A DNA stretch of 51,805 bases, counting the filler, from Basidiobolus ranarum (Eukaryota): the NCBI GenBank assembly GCA_040143965.1. It is 3 parts of 3 records of this genome, joined end to end, with 100 filler letters (N's around TTAATTAATTAA, not from the genome) between each part and the next. Parts side by side here need not be neighbours in the genome. Positions count along the whole stretch, not along the records: positions 34,628 to 51,805 come from JASJQH010000313.1; 2 more parts are not named here. One strand, written 5' to 3'. The stretch's first letter is position 1. Each line of letters starts with the position of its first letter. Below, piece by piece: positions 35,613 to 49,690 of this stretch. A program made the translations under genes and the position numbers. The notes below the pieces were generated by a model. That model saw only the letters and a list, made by a program, of their open reading frames with translations. It had not been told where the DNA came from and made no database searches.

Positions 35613-36905
35613 ACTTTAATTTGAAGACTAAAAGCTTTAACCTAAGGTGCGAATGAGAATCTGCTGAAGCAGAATCTATGATATTTATTTGTTTATCTCG
35701 ATGCTACTTTTGGAAATAGTGATGTTGCTTATTGGCTAATTTTGAGCAGGGAATTTTTTGAACTAAATTGTATGCGAAGAAAACTCCAAAGTTGTAGAAT
35801 CGCTGATTTAGTGAATGCCTTGGAATTTTTTCAGGTTGCTCTAGATGCCTCATACAGCTCATGATGCACTAGGTGGCAAATTACAGCTGCAGGAAAAGTA
35901 TGACCTCAGTTTGTTCGGTTATAAAATCTGAACATCGGTGATCATATCTGGAACTAACTTCCAAAGATGAACTTTACTTTTTAGGATAAAATTAAGTTCT
36001 CCATTCTCCTTCAATTTATGGCCCTCTTCTGGACAAGAAAGTCGTATGAAATGCTTGGTCGCTACAGTTTGAGATGCGTTATAGTTACCGAAGGCTTCAC
36101 AATCTCTTGCAATCCATGACATTAGAGAGCGACTCTTAGCTCCGCCAGCAATCATTCAGCACACACTGAGCTGTAAGTAGGACACTACTCATGTGTGTAG
36201 GGCCATTGGCGGTTGCACAGGGCTGTTAGATTTAAGAACACTCCAGATTACTGTGTACACAAGCAGACTCTTCAATGTCACCAAATATGGAACGTAGGGG
36301 CCTTTGTCGCACTATAGCCTATAGTTGAGTGCTACGAGTTAATGAAGCTCAATGTTCATTAACTCTAATGCTTGGAAGATGTGACGGATTGTGGTACAGA
36401 GCCAATCATTTTCCTGAGAAAAGTATCTGAATGCATCCATATTTGTAAACCATCGCTTAATCACAATAAGCCATTAAACGTTCTTCACCAAACAATGCTG
36501 CCACTTTTAGCTTTGACGATGGGCAAAAAATACCAATTTTGGCATGCATAATGTCCACTCCCAAACTTGATTGGTATGAAGGACCAGCCTTCTTTTGGAA
36601 ACATCGGTAAGAGTAAAGTTTTGGAAAATCATTTGCTACATTTGGATCCCATGCCTAATATGTGTCAGCATGGCTAGTGTGTATCATACTCTTTTTTTTT
36701 AGCAATCTTGAACTGGTAGTATATATAGGCGTGACCCAAAATAGAAGATTTGGATTTACTGAGAAGAGCCGAGGGTATATTTGGGATTACCCCAAAATTT
36801 CCCAATCTTTAGAATCTTGTCTTTTTTTTGATTCACTATATATTAACGGTTCTTACTTGAAATAACAAGTAATTGTCTCTTATCTCGCAATCCTTTAATT
36901 AAACA

Positions 36906-38011
36906 ATGAACCTGTTCATTAAGAACTCGCTTATTCTACGAGGACGTGAGGAGCTTTACATCAATTTTTACGAAGATTCGCTAGTCATGTACGGAACACC
37001 CGAAGAGTCTTCAGGCTGTGTTCTAGGAGGCCACGTTCACTTGAATCTAACCGAATTTCTAGTCACAAAAGGAATCACCTTAAGATTTGTCGGTAAAACC
37101 GAGATATTCGCTAGCTACAGTAAGTAAATAACTCAATAGAAACCTACTTCTTTGGCTTCGATATTGATACGAATTTTTCGGTTTTTTTAGAGACACCAAA
37201 ACAAACGTATATACTAATCGATCGAAGTTGGCCCCTAGTTCGTCCTAATAGAGACAAGTGTTATTTACCACCGAACAAGTATCGTTTTGACTTTGAGATT
37301 CCAGTGAGTGGCAGGCTCCCAGAGTCTGTGCAAGTACCTGGTGGAGTGATAGAATACACCTTATACGCTGAGGTAGAGAAAGCTGGTCTCCATTTTAATA
37401 TTCAGGTTGGAAAGACTGTACTACTTAAACGTGCACCTCATCCAATCAGCGAGTGCTATCTCACTCCATCTGCAACATCGATATCATGGCTAAAAGAACG
37501 AATTCTATGCCGTATGAGTACAGAGATGCCAGTTTATGACCAACACGAACAAATAATGGTAGAAATCAAGATTCATTTTCTTGAGAGTATCATCAAAATC
37601 AAACGTATTGAATTAGCACTTCAAGAGATCATCTCATATCCAACATATGATGGCAGTCTGGTTAAGAACTCGAAAATCATTGCAAAAACCGATCGAATCT
37701 CTATGGCCATAAGAGATTTCGCTTACGAAACTTCAGCATCTCTATCTATTCCAGATACCGCCTTTTATGACTCGACCACTAAATACATTAGAGTTCGCCA
37801 TAACATCATTGGAAAACTCTTTTTCAATGATCATGTGTTTAATGGTAGTGAGCTTCATCTCAACTTGCCTATCGTGCTAAGATCGCGAGAACAATCGGAG
37901 TTACTAGAGATATTGCCTTCGTATAGAATGGAGGACGAGCCACCTTCATATAGTCCTAATATTGAACACGGTGTATCGTCTAACTCGAGCTCCACACCAC
38001 CCTCACTATGA
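36906..38011 (+). CDS. Alpha-arrestin family adaptor, 2 exons (intron 37120-37190)
   Basis: Motifs GCVLGGHVHLNL, ITLRFVG and YRFDFEIPVSGRLPESV...IEYTLYA. The C-terminus carries LPSY and PPSY (PY) motifs. Confidence 0.85.
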
Positions 38012-38265
38012 GCTGAACTCTAACTTCAGTTGCCCATAAGAAAGATCAGATCCAGCATGTAATTAGTGTAGATATATTTGTAGAACATGTATTTTTATCA
38101 GAGCCCATAGAGTATCGTTTTTATTGTGTAGATAGTGTTCGTGCAAATAAAATATCGAAAGCGTCCTTCAATATCAATGAAATGCTTGCATGATAAATAT
38201 AGAGCTGTATTAAGATTTAGCAAGTTTAGTTTTGAGTCATCAAAAGTGGTTAATACACCCAGAAA

Positions 38266-40888
38266 TTAGTTTTGAACTTCGAAAGTACTAGAGTAACCGA
38301 AATGAGAGCTAATCTTTCCAAATGCTTTGTTAGCACCGAAATAGCCGATACGATAGAAGCCAGCTAAAGTGAGAATATTAAAATGGTAGTTTAGATCGAT
38401 ATGAAGATCAAAAATTTTGGAAGTCAATTTGAACAACACTCACGTTTAGTATCAGATTCGATCTGCCACTGAATAGTTACCACACTTTCGGAAATTCCCT
38501 TGCGCTTCCACTGGAACTTCGTGCTCCAGTCTCCGTCGTTTTTGATTCTCTTCCAACCATCAGGGGTTTGGCTTTCAACCGTTAAGAATGTATCCTCTAA
38601 AGTGACCTTATTTTTCGGATGACCTCCTATGAATCCTACTGTGACAGTATCCCCAAGTTTATATGAAGTATTGGCGTTGCTCAACACGTTGCCGAATTTC
38701 TTTCCAACCGGAGCAGTATCCAACAGAACGTCAGTTTGAAGATTGAGAGCGTCGCGTGTAAGATCAGGTGGGCTGGTTAGCGAAACAACAGGCTTGTTTT
38801 GAATCATAGCGGCTGCCATCTCTTGGTAAAGTTGGATGTAACCTGGTAAAGTATTTGGTCCGTAAATTGTAGAAGCACCTTCATATCGTTGAACTGAATA
38901 CTCTTCTGGAGTCGCAATATAACTTGAATAAGTATTGGATGGACCTGCTAAAACCACAATAGGATCCTTTAGATCGCTGGTCTCAGCAAATACTTTAGCG
39001 ACAGCCTCACGTAATCGACGTCCACTCATGGTAGTAAATTCACCGGGAACTGCTGCAATTACCAACTGCCCAACACGCAGAATTTGAATGTCAACTATTT
39101 GTGGTTGCCACATATAGGGCAGCTTAATTTCACCTGTCGCCAAAAGGATCGGCTTTGGAGATTGGCATTTCTCAAGCTCCTTGCTAGGTTCTGTGAGGAA
39201 AGCCCGAACTATATCCCAAAAGGGTTGCTTCCCATGCGAGTCTCCTTGTTTGAAATCAAATTCTCCAGGACCTGTGCAAGAGATGTTTTATGAATTGAGT
39301 GGGTTTAGTGCGAGATTCTTTAAAGAAAAGTATAGTACCGTCAGTGGTACCAGCGGCGAATGAATAGCCCATAGATGGTTTACATAGATTAACGTTTGTC
39401 GTTTCATTCAGCTTAACTTGAACTTTAGTCATGTCTACGAATTGATGTCTGAAATCAATTGGACCCTTGATAGAGTCATTAGCCTCATTCATTAAATTTT
39501 TCGCTGTTTGATATTGGTAATTGCCAATAATCCGAGTAGATTCAATGTCTCCTCCGGTTTCGAACCCAGGTCCTCTATATTTAAAAGTGAATATGAAATA
39601 ATCAAAAGAAAGCATAAACTAGACATAATACCTAGCTACACAGAGTTGACTTTTGCCATTACATGTACTAGTTTTATAATCGCAAGGCAGTCCAGTATCT
39701 AGGCAACGGGCCCCTTGAGTGTTTGGTGAAACATCACCCATGTTCGATTGAGCGAAACCCGCAACGAATTTTCCAGAACCAGTGAGTGCACCTTCATTCA
39801 TATCTTTCTCTAGCAGATATGAAGCGTATCCTTTATTATCTCCACTGATAAGGGAATTATCGCTGTTCATCGAGGTACAATGTACGGCATACCAATTGAA
39901 GATACCGATTGGTTTTCCTGCCTCGTTTGTGAATTTAATCAATCTCATGTTTGTGTCTGTGTTGTGCTTGTAACGTGCTCTCTCTGACTCAGGATTTTGC
40001 TCGTATGCCCAGGGAGATCTGTTGATATTACCGTTCTCTACATCACCAGCAGATGTCGTAATGGATCCGGGGGCCAAACTTTCATGTGCTATTTTGATTG
40101 AATTCACGATACCATCAACAACGGGACGAGTAGCATCTTCGATAAATCCAAGGTTAGTAAATTGATACAGGGCATATTGATGCCAACCTCCAGGACCGCT
40201 ATGAGTATGTGTGCCAGTAAGGGCCACATTGTTGTTGTTATATAAATCCCCATAGAGTGTCTTCAGTTTTTCGACAACCCGACGACGAAGTACTTGTGAG
40301 ATCATTCCCAAGTCAGCTGAAACGTAAACAATACGTTTATCAGTGGCATTTTGGTCTCCAACGATGAAGGCTGAGTTCAAGGAAATCATTTAGCACATAC
40401 ATTCGGTGAAATTGACAAGATTATCATCATAGTTTACCTCTAGAGCGCAACCTTTGATGGATACCCCCAGATTTCTGGCTTAATTTGGCATATCCCTACA
40501 ATTGAAGAAGTTAAAAAAACTCCATACGAGTAGCGCATGCTTTCCTTATTTACCATCATATTGACCTCGCCTAAATTGACGAAACATATTAATTATTTGT
40601 GAATAATGAAGGACTGGAAATAAAGAAACTCACCGGCTGGGCTATGATAGGCAAGCAAAGTAAAGTAGAAGTAGCGTTAGATAAATTGGATTTCGAGAAG
40701 ATTTCAAGAAAACAAAGCATACCCAGTTATATCTGCTGTTCCAACACCGATCTTTGTTAAACCGCGCAAGTTTGTAAATGAAGTTATCAGGATGGTGAGA
40801 AGGCGTCTATAATAGAGCTTACCAAGTAATCTGCAGCCAGGACGATGTTCACTATACTAAGTGACCCTAAAACCTTACACCAGAGCAT
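38266..40888 (-). CDS. Neutral/alkaline non-lysosomal ceramidase, secreted, multi-exon
   Basis: Signal peptide MLWCKVLGSLSIVNIVLA, then IGVGTADITG|PAG|EVNMM|GYAK...GIHQRLRSR|AF. Further motifs THTHSGPGG, NINRSP, NWYAVHCTSM, ISGDNKGYA, GDVSPN, PGEFTTMSGRRLR and QRYEGASTIYGP. Stop at 38266-38268. Confidence 0.95.
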
Positions 40889-42053
40889 TTCTAAAAGTAC
40901 TTGACGTATTCGAGAGGAGAGTATATGAGAGAAGCAATATTCAGATCACAATGTCGTATCGATGAGGTTAGACCTCTCTTTTTAAACTCGTGAGATTCGA
41001 GCAATCACTACAGAAAGGATAGACTATCAGTTGAACGAAGAAACTGTAACTGAATATGATCTACACTCAAATCACTTGACACGTAAATATCTTGGACATT
41101 TCAAGCTACATTCCAATTTGGTTATTCACGCTAGTCGGGATGATCCCTACTGTTTCTCGGCTGTAGTTACTCCTTGGTACGAGAGAATTCATATTAGAAA
41201 CTCCCAAAATCGGAAGGTTGTGATGACTAGTTTCCGGTATATTAGGTCGAACAGATGCCAGACAGCTCGGAGGGCAAAGTTGCTCTCAAGTCAACCGTAG
41301 CTATGAAACCCACCATCAATGAAGCGTAGTGAATGACAAGTTTCAGTAAATTATTACTATAATACCTCAAGTTACACTAAATTTGAGCAATTCACTCATC
41401 ACAAATGGCAATGATCTCTGTGGGCGTAAACTTCACCTCACCATCACACCTGTCTCTTGCCTGTCACCAATTTCACATACTGAATTAGAATAATTCGTGG
41501 CATATTCAGGCTTATGAATCAGTCATACACCAAGCTAAAACCGCCAGGTAGGTTTTAATGGTATTACCGTACACAAGTATTGACCCTCCTCAGATCGAAT
41601 TCTAGAGTTTAAGAATATACCGGAATAGACCGCTAGTCGGAATTAAGTTACATCACAACAAACATACTCCCATGTGAGAAGGAAGTCTTTGCTCTATTGG
41701 TACATGAAGAAATAGGGGATTCTGACGTCAGTGTTCAAGGTCGCACTAACTATTCCTGATGGTCTCGTAAATATATCTCTTGTGAAGGTAACGAAGGGCT
41801 CAGGCGTTTCTTAACCAACAATAGGAATGGACAGGATTAAATTCTCCTGTCTGGCTGTTGATCTAGATTTGCTCGACTACTGCTGCAGCAACAAGGATAG
41901 GGATCTTGTCATGTTTGAATATTTATTGGGGTCAAAATCATTTACAATTGAAACTGGCGTTTGTCTTGAGGGTGTATGTATGCCGATGAAAGGGGTGACT
42001 AATTTACAAGTTCAAGATGGATTGAGTTTAAAAATGGCAAGTTATCCAATGGA

Positions 42054-45000
42054 CTATTTCCGTTTCTTCCCACGACTGGATTTACCTGTTGAGGAGCGCT
42101 TGCTTTTAGTTGTGGTACTTTTTGATGTCTGTCCTCCGCCAACTTTCATTGGGCAATCATTCGCAAAGTGACCTTTCTGAACAATGAATCTGAGTAAGCA
42201 CAATTCCTTCGGATTTTACCTGTTAGTCATGATTTACCTTGTTGCAATTGTAACAGCTGTTACCACCTGATGTCTGTTTACGTGTTGAGCCACTAGGCTG
42301 AGGACAATCTCTTCCAAAATGGCCAGACTAAAAATCCATTGTAAATAATAGGCTTATGGTGGACTTGTACTACACGGGTGTATGATGATTATTTCTATAC
42401 CTGATTGCATTTGTAGCATACACCTGAGATCCCAGCAGACGAGTTACTTGTATTTCCCCCAGGAATACCACAATCATCTTCAACCCATTGAAAGAAAGTG
42501 CATCGTCGAATGGATTTGGTGCATGTAAAAAATCTCTTGCCTTTGTTGGGTCCATCTTTGGAGACTGTCTTCATAACCCCCAGCAGACCGCAGCCACATT
42601 TTGGTTTGTTCGGATTTGGAGTGTCACTCGACATATCACTATCGAATTGCTATTTTCAAAAGTCAACACTGTAGCATGAAAGCTAAATGAATACACTCGT
42701 ACAGGAAACACTTACATTAGTCAACATAGACCAAAATCCATTATCCTCTGTCCCATGATTGAAAGCATCAGCACGCTCTGAGCTTACAGTCACCGTGGGC
42801 AATGATGGCACTTCATCACTCCACTGGAAGAAATCGCACCCTTGACCTTGGGGCTTTGAACAACCATAGAACTGTCTACCAGTGTTTGGTCCTTCTTTAC
42901 GAACAGTTCTAAGTGCGGAATGATCGCCACAGGAACATTTAGGAGTACTGGAGTCACCACCAAAAGTGTTATGTAGAGAGGTGCTGGAACCCATATCGCG
43001 ATTGCTTCCTTGATTGTTGGGGAATTGTGTGGGATTCCAACTATTTTGGGATTCATTTAGAGTGATCGATGTTGATCTACTAGAGCCTGATGTCTTTGAT
43101 ATAGAATAGTCAATAAAATATGGTGGCGAAGTCCATTAATGGTACGTAAGTGGATCCCATACCATGGATGAGGAATTTTCAACCCATTGAAAGAAATCGC
43201 ATCTATTGTCATCTTGGGGCTTGGAACAACAGAAGAATTGTTTCCCTTGATTAGCACCCTCTTTCCTGACTGTTCTATGTGCACTTGGTAAGCCACAATG
43301 ACAGGAAGGAACTGCTACTCCGTCTGGGAGGGGTGAATAGTTAAATTGAGTATTTCCTCCTCTTCCCCCACCATAGCCATCGTCACCACCGCCTCCTCCT
43401 CCCCCTCCATTACTCTATATGATTTTGAAAAGATATTGTTAGTAGTAGCCTAAAAATTAGACAATATGACGAATATACCCTTAGTGCTCGATCAGGATCT
43501 TCGGGAAGATGGCCAAAATGCTTAGCCAAAGCCTGATCCATTAGGAAATCGTTAGCCTCGAAACTCAAAAGACATGCAAAATTTTTAAATACCTGTTCCA
43601 GCTTGAAGCACTGATCGTTACTTTTGATGAAGACGTCTCGATACATCCCAACACCTCGCCTGATGACAATCTCTTTAGTTTGCAATCCCTCACAAATCTT
43701 TTTCATATTAATTTCCATCTTAGAATTAAGAGCATGGAAGTAAGTACCAACTCACAATTGAAAAGAGATTCAAAGTCAACTGGATTTACCTCTCTACGAA
43801 GAAATGGTTTCGAGAGTGACATCTCAAAATCAATCATATCATATCCCTCTACAAGTGCAATTCCTAGGGTCGAGGGAACAAAGAAGTTTTCTTCCTTAAA
43901 AGCATACCCACGGTCCAAAACTTTCTTGATATGCTCATGGATGGTAGCATCAGTACCTAGATGAGAAGCATTAGTCAAGCGCCTGGTGAACAGAAATTTA
44001 AGCCATCAATCATTTACCTATTCCATTTTTATCCATGACCGAAATCAGATCGGCTTCGGTTAGCAACGAAGGGGGACTGGTTTTCCCTTCGGACATTTCC
44101 AAACTATCCGGCATAAACTGCTCACCTTCCGAAAACACTGGAATGGTGTTTCCACTCCAGCGATCGTATGGATAGACCTCCAGGTAATTTCTAGCGATGA
44201 TCATCAAGCCTAGAAGGGTAGTGGTAAGCAATGTGCAATGTAGAATGAAAGAACTCAAGAGGTATCTCACCTTTGGTTGTAAAGATTTCATCGGCAATAC
44301 TAATTTCGACGACAGTCTCGTGACCCTTGGCATTCTCTGAGCAGCAGGCCAGGAATCTTCTAACAATAAACTCATAAATCTTTTTCTCCTCTCCAGTCAA
44401 ATTTCCTGCCCAAGCTGTAGGATGGATGGGTGGATGGGCCTTGTCATTATTTTTCCCTTTTCGAGGAAAGTTGAATTCTCCAGCTACAAGTCTATGTGGA
44501 ATAACTCATTAGAAAAGTTGACTATGACCAATTAAACGGGGTTGTTAATCGGCTACCTTCTAGCATATGCGCCCCATTGAGGGTCACTAGTCTGTTTTTC
44601 AATTAACGGCATCAGCTGGAAATTGGTTTCGAATTGATCCGTCTCTGTTCTTGGATAACTAATGAATCCACGGTTGTACAGGCTTTCAGCAACCTGGGTT
44701 ATCAACATGTATCATTAATGTATAATTCCTTGTGTGGATGAGTAGTAGCCGTACCGTCATTATTCGATCCGAGGATATTTTGAGGAAACGGGTACCAGAT
44801 TTCTGGAGTTCAACGGTAGTGAGTGGCAGTGGCTTCCTATAAGGATATTCGTTAATAATTTAGGCGAAATCCCGACATCTCCGTATTAATAAACCTACCA
44901 TTTACTGGTGGGTTTCGACTTTACAGAAGTAACCGTGGCAATTGAGTTCTCAACACATCTCTCATAGAGCACAAGACAAATCAATTGATCATATAAACAT

Positions 45001-46186
45001 GACCTCTTCCAATTGAACTTTGCAACTCCATCGTCTCGGTTGACCGAGACTTCGATCTTCCAAAAATCCTCTGGTACAAAGTTCTCTACTCTCAAGAACT
45101 GGTCGACAATAAACCCAAGTGTAGGAAACTGGCATGGCCCTAAGATTGAACGTTCAGATCAGCATGACTCTATGTTGATTCTACTAAGGTTTACTTACCG
45201 TAACTGATTAGTTTTTGATCGAGTTCGTGAAATTTTGGTGTGAGCTTGAGTGTTTGAAATCGGGTAAAAGCAGCCCCAATTCTCAAATCCAATTCTGTTC
45301 GTGCATCAACCGCATCCACTTGTCTGATGTCCAAGTTCATTGGATTTTGACACGCCAAGTGAATTTCTCTGTAGTGGTAGATTACGTTAATCTGATAGTG
45401 TATTGGAAATAAGGTAGACAACATCCAAACAAGATAATTGAAACCTCTCTCACCTTGTCATAACTACTGAGAATTTGGCCCTTAACACACGTACTCTACT
45501 GTTAACCTTACGACAAACCTCTACAATCTCACTACCAATGTTCTCACCCTCCCTATCACAATCGGTCCAGATCATCAGTGTTGAAGCACCGCGTACTTCC
45601 TGTTCAAGATTCGACACTATATCTTTGAAATCCTATGGATCAGATGAATGTTCAGTTTAGGAGAACTCGACATAAAATATTTCTGGAATTTCCACGAGGG
45701 AACTAATATATACCGGATTTACTGTCTTGTATACTGGAGCTTCAAATAAGGAAAGAGGTGAGCAAGAATACCACTTTTTATGACTGGGTCCAAAGTCCAA
45801 AGACATCAAATGTCCTAGTAACGAAGTCATAGTAAACTGGCATAATTCTCCATTATATTTGTATTGAAAATCGAAATTTTTGCAATATTTGTTTCTTCCA
45901 TTTCTCTAAATGTCCATAAAAATAAGTGCAAATAAACAGTCAATGAATACAACTTTCTAAATAACATGGGTATACTTTAAGGAACAATATAGAAACCAAA
46001 AAGGGTATCAAGAAGAAAATGAAGGTGTTGGTGGAAAGTAAATAACTGAACCTCTTAACAGACAAAAGGAAGGTTGCAAAGTGAATGAAGTGGTAGATGA
46101 CTTACGGTACGCGCGGCTCCGTTGGACAAAATCTGAGAAATACTTTTAGCTATGGATGGCTTTTCAGCGACACACAATACTTTCAT
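42054..46186 (-). CDS. TOP3: DNA topoisomerase III alpha with 3 zf-GRF and 2 CCHC zinc knuckles, multi-exon
   Basis: Motifs [52 protein letters not shown], the active-site [18 protein letters not shown] and GIGTDAT. The C-terminus has CxCG...GPNxGR/KxF..C...CxFFQW repeats and CYKC/CYNC..GHF..C. Confidence 0.96.
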
Positions 46187-47096
46187 TTCCGAGGATATGA
46201 CTATTTTGCTATAACCCAAGTATCATGCCACAAGTCCAAATACCTTGTTAGGTTTTAGAGAGTGGTAAAGATTTTTGTTTGGTGCTAGTACGAAAAAAAT
46301 ATTTGTTTTGAAGTTTCCACCTGTACTTCATGCCACCTAGGTGACTGATGAAATCGAGAAACACACGTTAATTGCAACCAATAACCCCTGGCTACAAAAA
46401 CGTGTTTCATAATCGCGCTAAAATATCCCTATTCACGATTTGCAATGGGCTTCATCTCGGCTATATTAGATAGTTAACCTCAATACGTACATAGCATACT
46501 GCGCAACATAGTCGTGATTCATAGAACATGTTAAACTATTGGCGAAATGATATCCATTGTCCTAGCGTGATGAATCGTATATAGATTTACGTATCTTTTC
46601 ACGCAATAATAACGCTTCTTATATTGTGTCATATATTCATCTGGAGGTTTGAGCAGTTTTATCAGTTAGCCAAAGATTCGAGAGAGCGAGATTCCCAGCT
46701 TCACTGTATAGCAATTATCACTGAAATGAAACAAGGTGGTTCAGAATCAGTGGACCAGACTATTGACTAGTGGCTTATTTTGGGATGATGAGATTTCTTT
46801 GTTTTCATAACAATCCTCGTAGATCTTATTTAGTATGCATCCAAATATTTGCGTGAGGGATCAGTCATGCTACAGTTCAACATCGCCACCAAGTTCGATT
46901 TTGTTACAATGGTTATGAGAAGTTTGACTAACTTGATGTGATTATATAATGCTTAACTAGTATATTTTATCCAAAAATATGTCATTTAAATTCATGGTAT
47001 TGCACCAATCATCTTACAGTTTCTCATTGTGGGAGAGTTTATTGTCAAGTATTATATACGTTTGCTTACCATTTACTCTTGAACAACATAGATATC

Positions 47097-47801
47097 ATGT
47101 CCGAGAAGCAGGTTCGTGTTGGCTGTGGTGCCCTGGTTTTTCGCCCTGATGGAAAATTTCTTATTGGCAAGCGTAAGGGAAGTCATGGTGAAGGTAACTG
47201 TTATTGTACCAGAATCATTTTGGCAAAAACTATTTCTTAAACTGATTCTATTAAAGGAACTTGGGCTTTACCTGGAGGTATGTTCTTTACCACATCGATC
47301 AACTATATTTCTTCTCAACAAGAGCGTAACTCATAATTAAAACTGGGTTGTTTTCTACTATAATTAGGTCATTTAGAATTTGGCGAGGATTTCGAAGTTT
47401 GCGCCTCACGTAAGTTGAATCTATTATTTTCACTCAAGACCAAATTTCAAATATTGATATTGTGTAGGCGAAACCGAAGAGGAAACAGGCTTGGTCATTC
47501 CTCCCTCCAAATTCAGTTACTTTTATGCCACTAACGATCCAATGTTAGAGGAAAATAAGCATTACGTAACTGTGTTTGTTAAAGCTGAACTTCAAGAGCC
47601 TAATCCTGAAGCAAAGGTCAGTAGTACCTATTTTGCCCCTTCCTTGAGAAATCCTAACCCATCTTTTAGATTATGGAGCCAAACAAATGTGAGGCTTGGG
47701 AATGGGTCTCTTTAGAGGATATTAAACGCCCCGACACAACCTTTACACCACTTTTCATTCCTCTTACTCATCTGTTTCAGAGCGATCGTATGGCATTCTA
47801 A
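47097..47801 (+). CDS. Nudix hydrolase, NUDT15/MTH2-like, 5 exons
   Basis: Spliced product MSEKQVRVGCGAL...IGKRKGSHGE|GTWALPG|GHLEFGEDFEVCAS|RETEEETGL (Nudix box)...TND...KHYVTVF...|IMEPNKCEAWEW...PLFIPL. Confidence 0.9.
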
Positions 47802-49690
47802 ATTTACTGATGATATGAAACACAATTCTACATCCCAAACACGAGTTCTATATATATGTTATGAATGTTAATGTGTTATTTGAAGCTCTTGATCTTGAAT
47901 TCTTATCATAAAGAAATTGATTTTACATCAACTCTATCCTTAGTAACCTTAAATAAACTAAGGTTTAGATAGCCATATTCCATCAGGTCTATGTATCTGT
48001 ATATATGTTTCTTTTGTATATATGTACAACCTGGGTAGTATGAAAGTCTAGAAGAGTTAATCACCTGTTGTGGGTCTATCACTATTGACTGGTGTATCTA
48101 TTCTATAAAACCTCTGTACGAGGCAACATTAGTTTTTATTTAGAATTGGAGATAGAAAGGAAAGAGTGGACCAAATGAAAATATGACCCACTACCTTCTT
48201 CAGCATTATTATACGTGGCTTTTACTCGACTGCGCTTAGCATGAGCGAATAGTGTAATTTGCACTAGAACAAAAGTGAGCTTAGTGATAAAATTCTTGCA
48301 AGCTAACAGTAAAAGTATGAACTAGCAATCGAAACTGTCAACTGCTTTGTCCTTGAAATAAATTTAAGGATTAAGGTATACAGATTTAACCTAGTAGCAA
48401 GTTCTATATATGTAATACCGAATAGAGGTGTGAAGAAATCAAACTTCATGTCAGCTGTCTACAGAAAGACATAATCTCGGTTAAAGAGTACATCCTGGTA
48501 CACCTTAGAGAGGAGATTGTTATTGTTGCGTGTTATGGGTTGCCTCTAAGTATTGCTTGACTAAACCTTGAAGAATAAGAAAGTAAGAATTTAGATCAGT
48601 CAATTGTACTACATGCTTAAAAATCTAAACCCTTTTTTTGAAGAGCACCAAGCCTGCTCGCTCAAGATGTGTCTGTAAAGAAATTAAAACCACGTTAGTA
48701 GTAGGATTGACAGTCTTAATCAGACCACTCAGAATATGTAAAAAATTGAGTCTCAACTCCAGCATAAATAATCGTATGACATTACCATATTAAGCCAGTA
48801 CGTTCTGGTCGGTATCCCTAACTGGTTTGAATGGTTTCTGATCTCCGACTTTCTGCTGAAATGATCGTTGTACTAAATTTTTTGGTCACAAGGCTCGTAA
48901 TTTAACCAACGGTTACCCCAACACATCTTAGGTGATGGATATGGACTCGTTGCCGAAGTACCGCTTTCTGCTCTTCAGCACGTTATCAAACTCGGAGGGA
49001 AATGGAATCTTCAATATTCTCACTGTTCATTCTCTCATCAGACTTGGATAGAGAATTCGTCGCGGCCAGGTATGATCGCGTAGAGAATCAAAGACTGGCT
49101 ATTTTTTTAGACTTTGCTTTGCATGCGTTCCTCGGGGAATCTCATTATTTGTAAGAGTTTTGACCAGCTTCACAACAGAGTGATACCAATCGGCATTGGC
49201 CTTCTTTCACACTACACCAAGGCCAACAGGGTTGTAGTAGTTCATTTTAATCAGACCTGTTTTAACCTTTGTAGTGTCCGAGTATTTTTTAGACGTGACG
49301 TCAAAAATGCTATGATTGGACGTGATGATTTTAAGACCGAAGGTTGCTTACAAAAGTATGCACCATAAAACCCTTGGAGATACATTGGCTACCAAAATAG
49401 AAAATGGGATTAGGTTTTCTAGTCATTTACAGGACCTGATTTTTTACCATGATTTTTTTCCGTTGACAATTCCTTTTAAATCTATCGTTACTTTTAGATT
49501 AACCTATTTTTTTACTCCCAACCAAAAACTCCCTCCTGTCTTCGTAGCAATTCAGAGAACCTCAATAAGAACCAGTTTCTGTATTCTGTATTTCTTTGTA
49601 CTTCTACAATCTACCGTTTATACAGTTATACCACGTTAAATCTGTGTACTTATCTGATTAGCCCTCCAAGCACTATTCAAATTGACTATT

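Noticed and set aside
43057-43296. Apparent frameshift in the TOP3 C-terminal region
   Set aside because: Resolved by a normal GT-AG intron (ATG|GTATGG...CAAAG|ACA); the listed ORFs are off-frame.
45907-46105. Long first TOP3 intron as a snoRNA host
   Set aside because: No C/D boxes or convincing H/ACA hairpins seen.
48970-49045. Minus-strand TGATGA...CTGA pair suggesting a C/D snoRNA
   Set aside because: Imperfect box C, weak terminal stem and no rRNA complementarity that I could identify.
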